Of a stretch of 64,000 bases of DNA, positions 39,280 to 56,049 are shown one piece after another. Position 1 is the stretch's first letter, and each line of letters opens with the position of its first letter. The notes under the pieces were generated by a model. The model ran no database searches, was not told the DNA's origin, and saw only the letters and a list, made by a program, of their open reading frames with translations. The position numbers and the translations under genes were made by a program. Source of the stretch: the human T2T-CHM13v2.0 reference genome, Homo sapiens; the NCBI RefSeq assembly GCF_009914755.1, contig NC_060934.1; one strand, 5' to 3'.

Positions 39280-39599
39280 TAACGTTAGCAATAAACACCT
39301 TTTTAAAACCCTGCTTTTACCCATGCTCCCGGGCATGCTCTAAAGTTCATTTGACTTCTAATAATGGATGTGCAAATATGTTGAGTGATCACTTCCACAA
39401 TGGTCCTGTTCCTTTAAGAGACCACGGTTGTTAAGTTAGGAGATCATTGAACCATATGAGGGTCAATAAAAGAATAAAAAGTCACTGGTTAGCGATTCGA
39501 GGACAAGGAACTTGATCCCAGTTCAGTGTCTGTGGGTCCATATGCTGCCCACAGTCAAAGAGGGAGTCCCAGGTTCTTGGCAGCTTGCTTTTCCTCAGG
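39280..39599 (+). promoter_or_regulatory. TMEM236: TMEM236 proximal promoter / 5'UTR
   Basis: Non-CpG-island region upstream of the ATG; TATA-like gaataaaaag 39472-39481; CDX-like caataaaa 39464-39471; TSS not determinable from sequence. Confidence 0.55.
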
Positions 39600-39856
39600 A
39601 TGGCTTCTGGAAGGCTCATTAAGTTCGTGGTTTTTGAGCTCCTAGAGTTTGCCGCTTTCTCCATCCCCACACTCGTGATCACAGAACAGTTTGCCACCGC
39701 CTACCAAGGAACAAGGGCTAGATCTGACAACACACACTACTGGCTGATCATCTCCTGTTCTATTGCCTATGTTGCGTTAGTGACTCTACTGATCTGGGTT
39801 CCTGTAAAAGTTATCCTGCACAAGAAACGTTATATTTACAGAAAAATTAAAGGATG
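39600..39856 (+). CDS. TMEM236: Transmembrane protein 236, coding exon 1
   Basis: aggATGg start; [26 protein letters not shown]...RYIYRKIKG(W) with hydrophobic segments; donor TG|GTAAGT, phase 2. Confidence 0.92.
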
Positions 39857-39869
39857 GTAAGTAAAAGAA

Positions 39870-40170
39870 TTTTCTTTTTTTTCTTTTTGATTTGGAGTCT
39901 CGCTCTGTCACCCAGGCTGGAGTGCAGTAGGGCAGTCTTGGCTCACTGCAACGTCCGCCTCCTGGGTTCAAGTGATTCTCCTGCCTCAGCCTCCTGAGTA
40001 GCTGGGATTACAGTCGCACACCACCACACCTGGCTTATTTTTGCATTTTTAGTAGAGACGGGTTTTTGCCATGTTGGCCAGGCTAGTCTTGAACTCCTGA
40101 CCTCAAGTGATCTGCCTGCCTCAGCCTCCCAAAGTACTAGGATTACAGGCAGAAGCCACAATGCCCGGCC
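39870..40170 (-). mobile_element. AluS immediately after the exon 1 donor
   Basis: Dimeric Alu. Confidence 0.9.
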
Positions 40171-40650
40171 TGTAGAAGAATTCTTTAGTAGGGAATCCCC
40201 ATGATGCTGTCAAAGATACGTTTGTTTGTTTGTTTTTTTGTTTGTTGTTTGTTTTAACTTTAAAGTTCAGGGGTAAAAGCGCAGGTTTGTTACATAAGTT
40301 AACTTGTGTCATTAGGGGTTTGTTGTACAGATTATTTCACCGGCATGCACCACCATGCCCAGCTAAGTTTTGTACTTTTAGTAGAGACGGGGTTTTCATG
40401 TTAGCCAGGCTGGTCCCGAGCTCCTGACCTCAAATGATCCACCCATCTTGGCCTCCCAAAGTGCTAGGATTACAGGAGTGAGCCAACACGCCCAGCCTGT
40501 AAAAGAATTCCTTAGCAGGGAATCCCCGTGATGCTTTCAAAGATATATTTGTTTGTTTGTCTGTTGTTTGACTTTTAACTTTTAAGTGCAGGTTTGTTAC
40601 ATAGGTTAACTTGTGTCATGGGGATTTGTCGTACAGATTATTTCATCACC
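40013..40650. repeat. Diverged ~330-bp tandem duplication (Alu arm + unique spacer + L1 tail)
   Basis: cctgtagaagaattctttagtagggaatccccatgatgctgtcaaagatacg vs cctgtaaaagaattccttagcagggaatccccgtgatgctttcaaagatata, each preceded by an Alu left arm and followed by the L1 3' end. Confidence 0.85.
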
Positions 40651-41188
40651 CAGGTATTAAGCCTAGTACCTATTAGTTGTTTTTCCTGATCCTCTCCCTC
40701 CCACCGTTCACCCTCTGGAAGGCCCCGGTGTGTGTTGTTCCCCTCTGTGTGTGCATGTGTTCTCATCATTTAGCTCCCACTTATAAATGAGAACATGTGG
40801 GATTTGGTTTTCTGTTCCTGCGTTAGTTTGCTAAAAGTAATGGCCTCCAGCTCCATCCATGTCCCTGCAAAGGACATGATCTTGTTCTTTTTCATGATTG
40901 CATAGCATTCGATAAAGTATATATGCCACATTTTCTTTATCCATTCTATCACTGATGGGCATTTAGGTTGGTTTCCTGTCTTTGCCATTGTGAATAGTAC
41001 TGCAACGAACATACGGGTGCATGTGTCTGTATAATAGAATGATTTATATTCCTTTGGGTATATACCCAGTATTGAAATTGCTGAGTCGAATGGTATTTCT
41101 GTCTTTAGGTCTTTGAGGAATCACCACACTGTCTTCCACAATGGTTAAACTAATTTAGACTCCCACTAACAGTGTATAAGTATTCCTG
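40548..41188 (-). mobile_element. 5'-truncated older L1PA 3' fragment
   Basis: Minus-strand ORF2 C-terminal remnant (ORF 40770-41012 ...FSFISGS); likely TSD aaagata(t/c)gtt at 41189-41199. Confidence 0.85.
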
Positions 41189-41619
41189 AAAGATATGTTC
41201 TAACATACTGTGGGTAAGGATGTGAGCAGAGCGTAAGGATAGAATGTGACATTAATGGGAGGCTACAATTACTGCTTCTGTGAATGTATGGATATTATGG
41301 TATCTTCCTTAATTTTTCTACAGTCATTTATACTGAGTGATAATAACACATGAGATGGGTTAGTAAGACTGGAGTTTGTGCCAGTTCATGCTATTCTAAG
41401 TAGTAAATGTTGGACTTAATTCTCCTGGACACTAAATTACATAAACTTATCGGAGTGAGCTTACACAACTCATAATCAGAAGATGGTAATGTAGAATTTT
41501 AATTTTGCGTAAAACTGAAAGTAATGTCTATTTTTAATTATTTACATTGCATTTTGCAGGCTTACGTCATACTTTGACCATTAACTACGACTTTTAAAAC
41601 AACTGGTTCCTTTAGACTT

Positions 41620-42558
<939 letters not shown>

Positions 42559-43292
42559 GATGTTTTATTTTGAAAGCGAATGACATAGAACACATGTGAA
42601 AAGTGAGGCACTGGGAATTTGCACATCCACGCAAGGGCAGAAATGTAAAAATAATAGACTCTGCAATAGAGCTAGAAATACCATTGCTGAGGTTGGGAGG
42701 ATGCTGATGGAGAGCTGACATGTGAAGTTCATGGTGCTGTCTTTAGGTACCGATCCCAGATGTGGCTACTTCTGCGAACCTTGCCAGGAGACTTTCATTT
42801 TCCCGAAAGCAGGGGTCTTAAGGGGTTTCTGGAAATAAAGCATTATGTTGTTGGCACTGCTTTTATCAGTAGGGTTTAGGGGCTTTCCAAACCTTGACCA
42901 GAGCCCCAGGGTCACCTAAGGGGTAGCTTGGAGCTGGGCTTGACCCTCCACCTCTCACACCCTGTAGGGGTGGCTTTGACTGTCCAAGATTCCTGGCTGG
43001 GTTGGAATTTTGAGGGAATGGTGGAAGGTTCAAATGACAACAGGAATAAACCAATGGGAAACTGGCCCACCACAGCCCAGGAAGAAGCTCTTGGGTTTTT
43101 TTGTATTTTGGTTTTTTGTTTTCACATTGACTCAAATCCCTAAGACTCTAGATTCTGAATGTCATTTAGGCAGCAAACCTTCCCATATAACTTACTGTTA
43201 TTATTATTAGGCTATAATTGATTCTTTATAGATCACTGATTATGTGCCATGTAAGTACTGATATGAGGTGGTACAGAAACACGTACTTCATA

Positions 43293-43903
43293 GGCCAGGC
43301 ACAGTGGCTTACACCTTTAATCCCAACACTTTGGGAGGCCAAGGTGGGAGGATTGATTGAAGCCCAGAGTTAGAGATCAGCCTGGGCAACATAGTGAGAC
43401 CTCGTCTCTACAAAACATTACAAAATCAGCAGGATGTGGTGGTGCACGCCTGTAGTCCCAGCTATTCAAGAGGTTGGCTTGAGCCCAGGAGTTTGAGCCT
43501 GCAGTGATCTATGATTGTGCCACTGCACTCTAGCCTGGGTGACAGATGGAGACCCCCAACTCTGAAAAACAAAAAGACAGAGAAATATCTACTTCACCTC
43601 ATAAAGTATTTTTTTTCTTTTTGAGATGGAGTCTAGCTCTGTTGCCCAGGCTGGAGTGCAGAGGAGCGATCTAGGCTCCCTGTACCTCTGCCTCCCAGGT
43701 TCACACGATTCTCTTGCCTCAGCCTCCTGAGTAGTGGGGATTACAGTTGTGCACGACCACACCCGACTAATTTTTGTATTTTTAGTAGAGATGGATTTTC
43801 CCCATGTTGGCCAGGCTGGTCTCGAACTCCTGACCTCAAGTGATCTGCCCGCCTCAGCCTCCCAAAGTGCTGGGATTACGGGCATGAACCACTGTGCCCA
43901 GCC
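43293..43903. mobile_element. Tail-to-tail inverted Alu pair: AluJ(+) 43293-43577, AluS(-) 43609-43903
   Basis: Opposite orientations, ~30-bp spacer. Confidence 0.88.
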
Positions 43904-44623
43904 TAAAGTAGAATTTTTATGAGTTTATCGTTATTATTGCCTAGAGAAAATTGCCGATTAGAGAGTTTCAGCAGCTCTCCCAAAGTCAGTGAACTAGACA
44001 GAGTGGAAGAGGCAGACTTTGGACCTAGGTCTACCTGACTCCATAATGGGTACTTCTAGCCACTGTCCCAAACTGCCTCTTTGAAGGACAAGGTCCCATT
44101 CTCCTGGGGCAATTGAGAGTTAAGGAACAGAGTAGGCTTTTGTTTCTGCCCCTTAGTGCATGTGGTATACCAGTCATCTCTGGTGTCTGTTCAGATTTCA
44201 TGTTGTGCATCTGGCTCAGGTACCTCCCCTGTGCTAAAGTGTTTCGGGTTGTCATGACTACATCTCTCAGTGATTTCTTTTGGGAAATACACTTCCAGTC
44301 TTTAGTTTCTGTTTTGCCGGTGTTGCTGGCCACACGTGTTTTAAATAGTGTTTAGACAGTGGACAGGTTATCTGTAATTTCAGTGAAACTGAAACTGTTT
44401 CCTTCTGGCCACATTCGTGAGCATTATCATATAGTTATCTTTTACTGGCATAGAAGAGAAGCAGCCACTGAGCACTGTTCTAGGAGCTTTACACCTTCTG
44501 TACTGTTAAGTTTAAACTTTACAACAACTCAGCGAAGTGTACATGCTAAAGTTCTCATTTTATAGACAAAGAAACTGAAACTTGAAGTAATTAACTTTGT
44601 CAACTGATAAAGCTAGCAAGTGG

Positions 44624-45376
<753 letters not shown>

Positions 45377-47086
45377 AGAAAAATGCAGTGCTTTTAATGT
45401 CATTAACATAATTTCACCCAGAGTGCATTTGGCTCTTATAATATATGGGGTAATATATAGGGTGTCATGTCTTGATTGCTACATGAAGATGATGCAAAAA
45501 TAATTGCTACTAGACAAAGTAAGGATTGAGCATATGAATTATTTTTGAGGAATAGTCAAATAGTTGTTTATGTGAAATTTCATAGACCCTGAACATTCAT
45601 GATTTGATGTTGATGAGGCTTATCTGAGAGCTTCCCTGAAGGTCCAGGCTGGTGTCATGAGCCCTGTGAGGCTGGTCTTCAGGAGAGAGTGAGTCATCAG
45701 TCAGTAAATGGTGTGCCCCAGGAATATATGTAAAGGAAAACTGGCCTGGATTCAAATCCTAGCCTTGACATTGACCATGAAACCTTATGTGAGTTATTTG
45801 AATTCTTTGAGCCTTAATTTTTTCGTGAGCAAAACAGAGACAACTTAGTTTCTTTCTTGGAGTGCTGTTTTAAGAAATTTCATAAGATCATGCGTGTAAA
45901 GTTCCTAGCATAGCAACTGGTCTGTAGTAATCATTCATTGAATATAAGTGTTATGACCTCAAACTGAATTTACTATTTTCATTAAAAATGTGATCGTGTT
46001 AAATCTTCAGAATGACTCTGAAAAGTGGTAGAAGTGGCAATAAAACTGAAGGAAAATATATCCTGTGAGTAATATTCCTCGATTTTGGAGAATTTTGTAG
46101 GTTTCTTTTATTCTTTGAGAAGAATGAACACCAGAATGGTGAGATCATTAGTATCTCAGAAATGTTTTACATTAACAGAGGTATTATGTGTTATTTTATG
46201 TCATATTTATGTTTTATTATGTTATGGTTTTCATTTCATGTTCTCACTAGGCCTACATGCCAGTGTTGTAAAGTTGACCAAGCAGACATAATTCCCATTT
46301 TATGAGGGAGGAAACAATTTCAGAGAGCTTAAAATGTACTGGAGGCTGAACTTTAATCCAGTACTTTCCCCTTCTCTCATTAACACTTCCTGATTTTTCT
46401 GGAATTATGGCTCCATTCTAGGGATGCCTGCCAGAATTCATAATAAACAAGTGAGATGGTTGGGGGAATGAAGAAAGCTATTTATATACACACCAAACTG
46501 TGTATTCCAGGAAATAAGAGAGTTATTTTCCTGGAATATCAGTAGATGTGTGATAACATTGAGCTACAAGGCTAGCCTGAAACTGGAGCAGATCTTCATT
46601 GAGAAGGTACATTGGCAGTAGGATAATCCTAGAATATTTGTGGAGGTTCCCAGACTGTCTTGGGACCTAGAGCTATATTTTGGGTGTTCTTTTGAGTCCT
46701 TTGGAGTACAATTAATTCAGACTATGAACACGTCAGGAATCCTGGGCAGGGCAAGTTTAAAAGACCATTTTGGGCAACATTTTACCTGGCTTAAGGTTTT
46801 AACATATTCCATGAGATTTTGCTCTTGATCTGCTTTAGGTAACGGTGGTGGTGATCATAGTAGTAGTAGCTGTTGTAGTTGCAGTAAAGTAAGAGCAAAT
46901 ATTTATTGAGCAAGTACTATGTACCAGGCATAATTTTAAACACATTGTCTGTATTATTTTAGTTGATTTGCGAATCTTGATATGCAAGAACAATGATAGT
47001 CTCCCCTTTAGAAATGAGGAGATTGAGGCACAGGAGTTAGAAGATCACAGAGCCAATGAGTAGTTGAGTCAAGACTGCCCCAAGGG

Positions 47087-47388
<302 letters not shown>

Positions 47389-47954
47389 CTAGTGACATCT
47401 GTGCACTGCTGGACACACGGGCTAACCTGAAGGAAATGGAACTCACCTTTCAGCACCTCTGAGAGATCATTAATTGGTAAGACCCCATTAACTAAACACT
47501 GCTGCTTACCAGTTACTTCTCAGAACACTCCAGTTTCTCTTAGTGAATCTGTTATCTACCATGTTTAACATTTTCTCATAGATTTATTGACTATTTGTAT
47601 TTTCTAAAAATCATATATTTTTGTCCTTGATCTCTTTTTCTGTTGGTATGTCCATTTTTTTTTTTTGCTACTGATTTACGAGTTCTGTAAACATTAAGGA
47701 TGTTCATTTGCTTAAATTGCACAAGATCATCAAACAATAAGTATGTTGAATTTGATGTAGCATACATTTCAGAGTTATCATTAGTCTTTTAATTTTACTT
47801 TGGTGTTTTTGATATGGAGAATTTTTATTTTTCACGTAGTTTAAGCTATCCACATTTCCTTTACAGTTTGGTCTTGGGCATTATACATGAAAAAGATCAA
47901 TAATTTTGTCATAGTTGACTGCAGGCTTTATCTTCCTTGCCCTACTATATCCAG

Positions 47955-48317
47955 TGTATTAGTCTGTTCTCATGCTGGTAATAAAGACATACCTGAGACT
48001 GGGTAATTTATAAAGGAAAGAGGTTTGATGGACTCACAGTTCCACATCGCTGGGGAGGCCTCACAATAATGGCTGAAGGCAAATAAGGAGTAAAGTCATG
48101 TCTTACATGGCAGCAGGCAAGAGTGCATGTGCAGGGCAACTCCCCTTTATAAAACCATGAGATCCGTGAAACGTATTCACTGTCACAAGAACAGCACAGG
48201 AAAGACCCGCCCCCATTATTCAATTACCTCCCACCAGGTCCCTCCCATGACATGTGGGAATTCTGGGAGCTACAATTCAAGATGAGATTTGGGTAGAGAC
48301 CCAGCCAAGCCGTATCA
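47955..48317 (-). mobile_element. THE1 (B/C-like) solo LTR
   Basis: tgtattagtctgttctcatgctg...gagactgggtaatttataaaggaaagaggttt...gagatttgggt...ccgtatca. Confidence 0.9.
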
Positions 48318-48719
48318 CACTGTAAACCAGCACGAGCTTATTTACTTTTTCTTTTCTCTCCTTATCCTATGCAGGAAGTCACGACATTCTGGTAATTCTT
48401 CCTCTTCCTCTCTCTTGCATCAGCTCCTTGTTCTCCATGGCTGTTTCTCTCATCCCAATTAGGCCCTTATTTCCAGACCATCAAAACTTGAGTTTCTGAC
48501 GTGGTCCCCCAAATTTTCATATATTCAAATCCAGTGTCAGACCTGATTCGTCCTGATTGTTTCTGTTCAAGGAAAAATGAAGACCATTTCATTAACTAAC
48601 GTTTGGGCTCTGGCAACCTTCACCCACTGGTCTTCTTGCCTCTTGCTTCTTTTCTCCCCCCTGCATTCCCTCCCAGTCCTTGTCAATAAGGTAATTCTCT
48701 CCTTAAAAAAAGTTTTCTG

Positions 48720-49055
<336 letters not shown>

Positions 49056-49879
49056 TTAAAAATCTCCTCTTCCCCTTGCTTGTAAATCAAATATTGACAT
49101 TATTCCACAGAATCCTGGAGCTGGGCAAACTCTTACTGTTCGTCTTCAAAATGATTTCTCACAATACAAATACCTCTGATTCTACAGAGAACTCACTACT
49201 TTCTGTGGCTCTTCGTAGAACAGCCTTCTTTATTACCTTGTGTTGAAACAATACCTATCACTATATAGCTCTCTTTCTCATCCACTTTGTAGACTTCACC
49301 TCCTCTGCCCTTTCTTTCTCCATGGCCAGGAGCTGTCACATTACTGCCTAATTCCCCATTTCTATTGCTTTTTGAACACTCCCATCAGCTCGCATAATAT
49401 AAACTGCCACTTGTATGATGACAGCTCCCCAAATTGTGTCTCCAGGGGTGACTTCTCTGAGCTTACTGTATCCTTGTTAAATTTTTGCAACATTTGAAGG
49501 CAGTGGCATCATTCTGCCATCTCAACCACGCCACATCTCAGTCTGCTAAGTTTTCTCTTCTCCAATGGGCAGAGTTCCATCAACCATTCCTATCCCATGA
49601 TTTCTGGACCTTTGACTCTTTTGAAAGTCTCCTTGGGATGCTGGCTGGATTTTTAATGCCTCGATATTATCTCAGTGACACCCTGATGTCCTCTTGATGT
49701 GGCTACTGACTTCGTGTATTGATATAATGCAATTGGCTTCCACTGCAATGATGTCACCTATTTCATAACAGAGTGTATGATTGACTAAACCTAGTTTTAC
49801 TAGAAATCCTCTGGGTTAATAGTGATCCATGAGTCTGCTCTATGGGTTTGTTTAAATAGGTATATATTTACCTATCTGA

Positions 49880-49884
<5 letters not shown>

Positions 49885-49931
<47 letters not shown>

Positions 49932-49953
49932 CATACATACATATATATATATA
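49885..49953. repeat. (TA)n(TACA)n(TA)n microsatellite
   Basis: Direct inspection. Confidence 0.95.
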
Positions 49954-49989
49954 TTTAGGTTTTATTATATATAAATATATATATTTAGG

Positions 49990-50760
49990 TTTTTGTCGAG
50001 ACAGGGTCTTGCTCTGTCACCCGGGTTGGAGTGCAGTGGCATGATCATAGCTCACTCCAGCCTCAACTTCCCAGGCTCAAGTGATCCTCCCTGAGTAGCT
50101 GGGCTACAGGTGTGCACTATGACACCTGACTAATTTTTAAATTTCCTGTAGAGACAGGATTTGCTAGGTTGCCCGGCTGGTCTCGAACTCCTGAACTCAG
50201 GCAATCCATCTGCCTCGGCCTCCCAAAGTGCTTGGATTATAGACATGAGCCACCATGCCCAGCCTCCCTACACGAATTCTTCATGTTAGCCAGCATTATT
50301 TCCAGGCTACTGCAGGTACAAGCCTTTGTGCTCAGGTACTGCCTCCATCCTCAGGGACTCTGTAGTCCACTGTGGAGTCTGGATAGTTGCATATGAAGAA
50401 ACTAGAAAATGATATAAACCAATTTATAACAAACCACCAAATTTTATGTGACCCACCACTAGTCCTTTAATATCCCAGAGAAGAGCATCATCAAAACTTA
50501 GTACTTACTGGGCACAGACTTGGTAGGCTGAGGCAAGAAGATTGCTTGAGAGCAGGAGTTTGAGACCACCCTGGGCAACACAGCGAGACCCTGTCTCTAC
50601 AGGACGTTAAAAAAAAAGTTACCTGGGCATGGTGGTGCATGACTGTAGTCTCTGTTACTTGGGAGGCTGAGGTGGGAGGATCACTTGAGGCCAGGAGTTT
50701 GAAACCAGCTTCAGCAACATAGCAAGACCCTGTCTTTCTATTAAAAAAAGAAAAGAAAAC
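49990..50760. mobile_element. AluJ(-) 49990-50263 and partial AluJ(+) 50510-50760
   Basis: Alu bodies. Confidence 0.8.
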
Positions 50761-51109
50761 CCTCAATGCTGACAGTAAGGGAGATGTCCTATTTGATTCA
50801 TCCTTCCTACCCATCCCTTTCTACCCTGCCCCATCAGCCCACTACAGTGCCTTGAAGTCAGCAGCTTTTTAGCACATGTGGTTTATGGACTCAGGCTTAT
50901 TAGAAAAACACTGTGCTTTGGAGTAATCAGAGAAAGTCTCATAAGGAAATCTTGATTTTCACTGAGCTTGGAAAGATGGGTGTGGGAGGGCATCCAGAGG
51001 AGGAGGATGAGTATGAGGAATGAGTTGATATAGTGAATTATTTAAGAGGTGGGAAAAGACCTACTTGCTTAGAAAGGAGCAGGTGGTGAGAAATGGGTTG
51101 GCAGCATCG

Positions 51110-51330
51110 CAGAGTGGTTAGGGGCGTGAGTTTTGGAGTCCTCAAGACCTGGATTAGAATTCATCTTTCACTTCCCAGCCACAGGATCTTGGGCAAATTA
51201 ATTCAGCCTTCAACCTCAGTTTCATCACCTGTAAAAAAAGGGTTGATACCTCACTCAGAGGGTTGTTGTGGGGTTGTCGTATGTAAAATTATTTCCTGTA
51301 GCGCTTAGCCTGTGGCATGATATGAACTCA
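51110..51330 (+). mobile_element. MIR
   Basis: gtggttaggggcgtgag...ttgggcaaattaatt...cctcagtttcatcacctgtaaaa. Confidence 0.75.
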
Positions 51331-51822
51331 TTGAGTTGTCGTAAAGAGCTGAGTGTTAATATATGTTGGAATGTTAATACTAGATTTTGGAGAGCCTTGA
51401 AAGATGGGCAGGGAAACGTTAACTTCATGAGTTAGGTAAAAAGTTTTATGTTTCTGAGCAGAGTGTCATCTCCCAAGTTCTCATCTGATCCTTTCCACCC
51501 ACCATGCTTCCTCTATGAGAAATCTCAGGGCCAGAATCCTTGCTGCACAAACAGGAATTTGTAACCCAATGTGGCTGAGCTTACTGAGTTCATCGTTAAT
51601 AGGTCCCATTCCTAGGAGGGTCCCTCTCATTGCCAGTTTATTATGATGCACACAGAGATCTATCGGCAGTACCCTAACTCAGTCTTTCATGTGGAAATTA
51701 CACCATGCCCACGTATCCTTTTCTTTAGCCAATCCTACTGTGGTCGCAAACTTGCATTCTTTGCAGCATGAATAGTCTTTCAAAGAAGTGTCTGTTGTAT
51801 TTCCAACCTAAATTCTATTATT

Positions 51823-54480
51823 TGTAGTACTTCCTAGGACTGCTATAACAAAGTATCACAAACTTGGTGGCTTAAACAACAGAAATTTGTTTCAAATTCT
51901 GAAATACCTGAAAGTTCTGGAGGTGAGAAGTCTAAGATCAAGCTGACGGCAAGGTTGGTTCCTTGTGAGAGATGTAAGTAAGGAAGGCTCTGTGCCTCTC
52001 TCCTGGCTGTTGGTGGTTGCTGGCAATCTTTGGTGTTCCTTGACCTGTAGATGCATCACTCTGATCTGTGCCTTCATCTTCACATGGCATTCTTCCTATG
52101 TGTCCTCGCTTAGTCTTCCCCACCTGCATGTCTGTTTTCAGATTTTCCCTTTTTTTTTTTTTTTTTTTTTTTGAGACGGGGTCTCATTCTGTCTCCCAGG
52201 CTGGAGTGCAATGGTGCGATCTTGGCTCACCTCAACCTCTGCCTCCCAGATTCAAGCCTCAGCCTCCCGGGTAGCTGGGACTACAGGCGCGCACTACCAT
52301 GCCAAGCTAATTTTTGTATTTTTAGTAGAGATGGGATTTTACCATGTTGGCAAGGATGGTCTTGATCTCTTGACCTTGTGATCTGCCCACCTCAGTCTCC
52401 CAAAGTGCTGGAATTACAGGCATGAGCCACCACGCCCAGCCCCAGATTTTCCCTTTTTAAAAGGACACCAGTCACATTGGATCAGAGTCTCCCCTTACAC
52501 CCTATTTTCACTTGATGACCTCCATAAAGACCTATTTACAAATAAGGTCACATTCGGAGGTACTGGGGGCTGGGACTTACACATGTCTGTTTTGGGGTAT
52601 ATAATTCAACCCATAGGATTTCACTCTCTGACCCTCCCAAAATTCATGTTCTTTTGGTGTGCAAAATAGACTCATTCATCTCAACACCTCCAAAAGTCCT
52701 AATCATCCCAGCATCAACTCTAAGTCCCAAATCTCAACTACACATCATCAACTCAAAATCCCAAAACTTTCCCTCAAAATCATCCAAACAAGGTATAGGC
52801 AAGACTTGGGATATGATTCCTCCTGGGTCAGAGTTTCTTTCCATCTGCAAACCTGTGAAGCTGGACAAAAAGTTACTTGCTTCCCACATACAATGGTGGA
52901 GCAGGATAGACATTACTATTCTGAAAGGGAGAAATTGGAAGGGGAACAGGAGTCGTGGGTCCCATGCAAGTTCAAAAGCTAGGAAGGAAAATCCCATTAG
53001 CTTTTAAGGTTTAAAAATAATCCTCTGTGTCTTGATGCTGATTCCTGAGCCCATCATCCAGGCCTATGACTGTAGTGGCCCCAACCCCTCAGCCTTGCAT
53101 GGTCATAGCTCTGCCCTGTGGTTTTAAGTTGGGCGCCTCTGGGCTTGTGGTTGCAGCACCAGTCTCCCTGGCTTTGGAACCACTGTCAAAGTCATTTTTC
53201 CCTTTTCTGAAAGATAACACATTTGCAGCCAAATAGCTCCATCAACCCATTTTCTCCCTGGAGTCCTAGAAGTCCAACAGCATTCCTTCATTTCATCTTA
53301 CCTCTGCAACCTTCAGTCCAAGACAGCAGTATTTCTGCTGAGATGGTTGACTGGATTCACAAACCACAGCCTTGGTGTTCTCTTCTGAGCATAGTTTCTT
53401 ATCATTTGCAATATGGATAGCCTGAGAATTTGTCAAATCTTCAAGTTCTAGTTCCTTTTTGCTTAAAAATTCCTTTTTCAACTTATCTCTCTTTCTTCAT
53501 TCACATTTTATTGTAAATAGCAGGGAGGAAACAGGCTGTGCCTTCAACACTTTGCTTAGAAACATCCTTGGTTAAATATCTCAGTTCATTACTTACAAGT
53601 TCTACTTTCTATCCAACAGAGCACGGTACAGCCAAATTTTCTGCCATTTCATAGAAAGGATCACCCTTCCTCCAGTTTCCTATAATATGTTCCTCATTTC
53701 CATCTTAAACCTCACCAGAAGCACCTTAGCATTCATATTTCTAGCAATACTCTGTTCATGACAATGTATCTACTCTCTAAGATGCTAACAGCTTTCTCTA
53801 TATCCCTCCTCTTTTCTTTCTGAGCCCTCACTAGAATCTCCTTTAACACCTGTGTTTCTACCAACAGTCTCTTCAAGGCAATCTAGGCTTTTTCTATTGT
53901 GCTTCTCACAACTCTCCCAGTCTCTACTCATTCCTCAACTCCAAAGCCACTTCTACATCTTTAGGTGTTACAGCAGCATTCCACATTGCAGTCGCAAAAT
54001 TGGCGTTAAGTTTCCTAGAAATGCGACAACAAAGTACCTGGATGGCTTGAGCAACAGAAATTTATTGCCTCAAAATTCCAGAGCTGAAAACACTGAGATC
54101 AAGATATTGGTAGGATTGCTTCCTTCCGAGGGATATGAGAGAGAATTTGTTCCATGTCTTTCTCCTTGCTTCTGTTGTTTTTTTTTGGCAATCTTTGATG
54201 TTTCTTGGCTTGTAAATGCATCACTGTGATTTCTGCCTTCATCATCACATGATATGCTTCCTGAGTTTCTTCACAGTCTTCCCTCTGTGCAACTCTGTCA
54301 CCAAATTTCCCCAATTTTATAAAAACACCAGTCATATTGGATTAGGACCCACCTTAATGATCTTATTTAACTTGATTATCTCTGTAAAGATCTTATTTCC
54401 AAATAAGATCACATTCTGAAGTACTGGGGTTTGGGATTTCAACATATCTTTTTGGGGAGACACCATTTGACCCATAATAC
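51823..54480 (-). mobile_element. MLT1 (B/C-like) MaLR element with two LTRs and internal region
   Basis: LTR 51823-52616 (with Alu insert) and LTR ~54001-54480 share acagaaattt, ggcaatcttt...atgcatcact, ccaaataag(g/a)tcacattc..aggtactgggg; MLT-int-like sequence between. Confidence 0.8.
52150..52442 (-). mobile_element. AluS inside the MLT1 LTR
   Basis: TSD cagattttccctttt. Confidence 0.9.
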
Positions 54481-54503
54481 TCAACAAATTATAAGCATAT
54501 CCA

Positions 54504-54787
54504 GCCGGGCATGGTGGCTCACGCCTGTAATCCCAGCACTTTGGGAGGCCGAGGTGGGTGGATCTCGAGGTCAGGAGTTCCAGACCAGCCTGACCAAGAT
54601 GGTGAAACCCCGTCTCTACTAAAAATACAAAAATTAGCCAGGCGTGGTGGCATGTGCCTGTGATCCCAGCTACTCAGGAGGCCGAGGCAGGAGAATCACT
54701 TGAACCTGGGAGGCAGAGGTTGCAGTGAGCTGAGATCAGCCATTGCACTCCAGCCTGGGTGATAGAGTAAGACTCCATCTCAAAAAA
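54504..54787 (+). mobile_element. AluSg/Sx
   Basis: TSD tataagcatat. Confidence 0.9.
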
Positions 54788-54949
54788 TATATATATATAA
54801 GCATATACGAGCAGTAAGTCAAGATTTTCAAACACAGATTAACATAACTTCTGGTTAAATAAAACATAGACTTGGGTTGTATTTATTTATTAATGAGTCC
54901 CTTCATTTAGTATTTATTGAATTCCTACTATGTGTTGGACATTCTCTAG

Positions 54950-55895
<946 letters not shown>

Positions 55896-56047
55896 ATTCT
55901 AGTTGCTGGAAATAAAGTAGCAAACAAGTCAGATACGGTCCGGGCTTCCACAGAACTTACCTCGGGGGATGAGGAAAGAGGAAGATGACAAACAATAAAC
56001 AAAGAATCAGCAGATTTCTAGGTAGTCATAGGGCTATGTATACAACT

Positions 56048-56049
<2 letters not shown>

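Noticed and set aside
39585-39599. Upstream TTG start given in the ORF track for TMEM236
   Set aside because: The ATG at 39600 has a strong Kozak context (aggATGg); the alternative start is an artefact of the ORF caller
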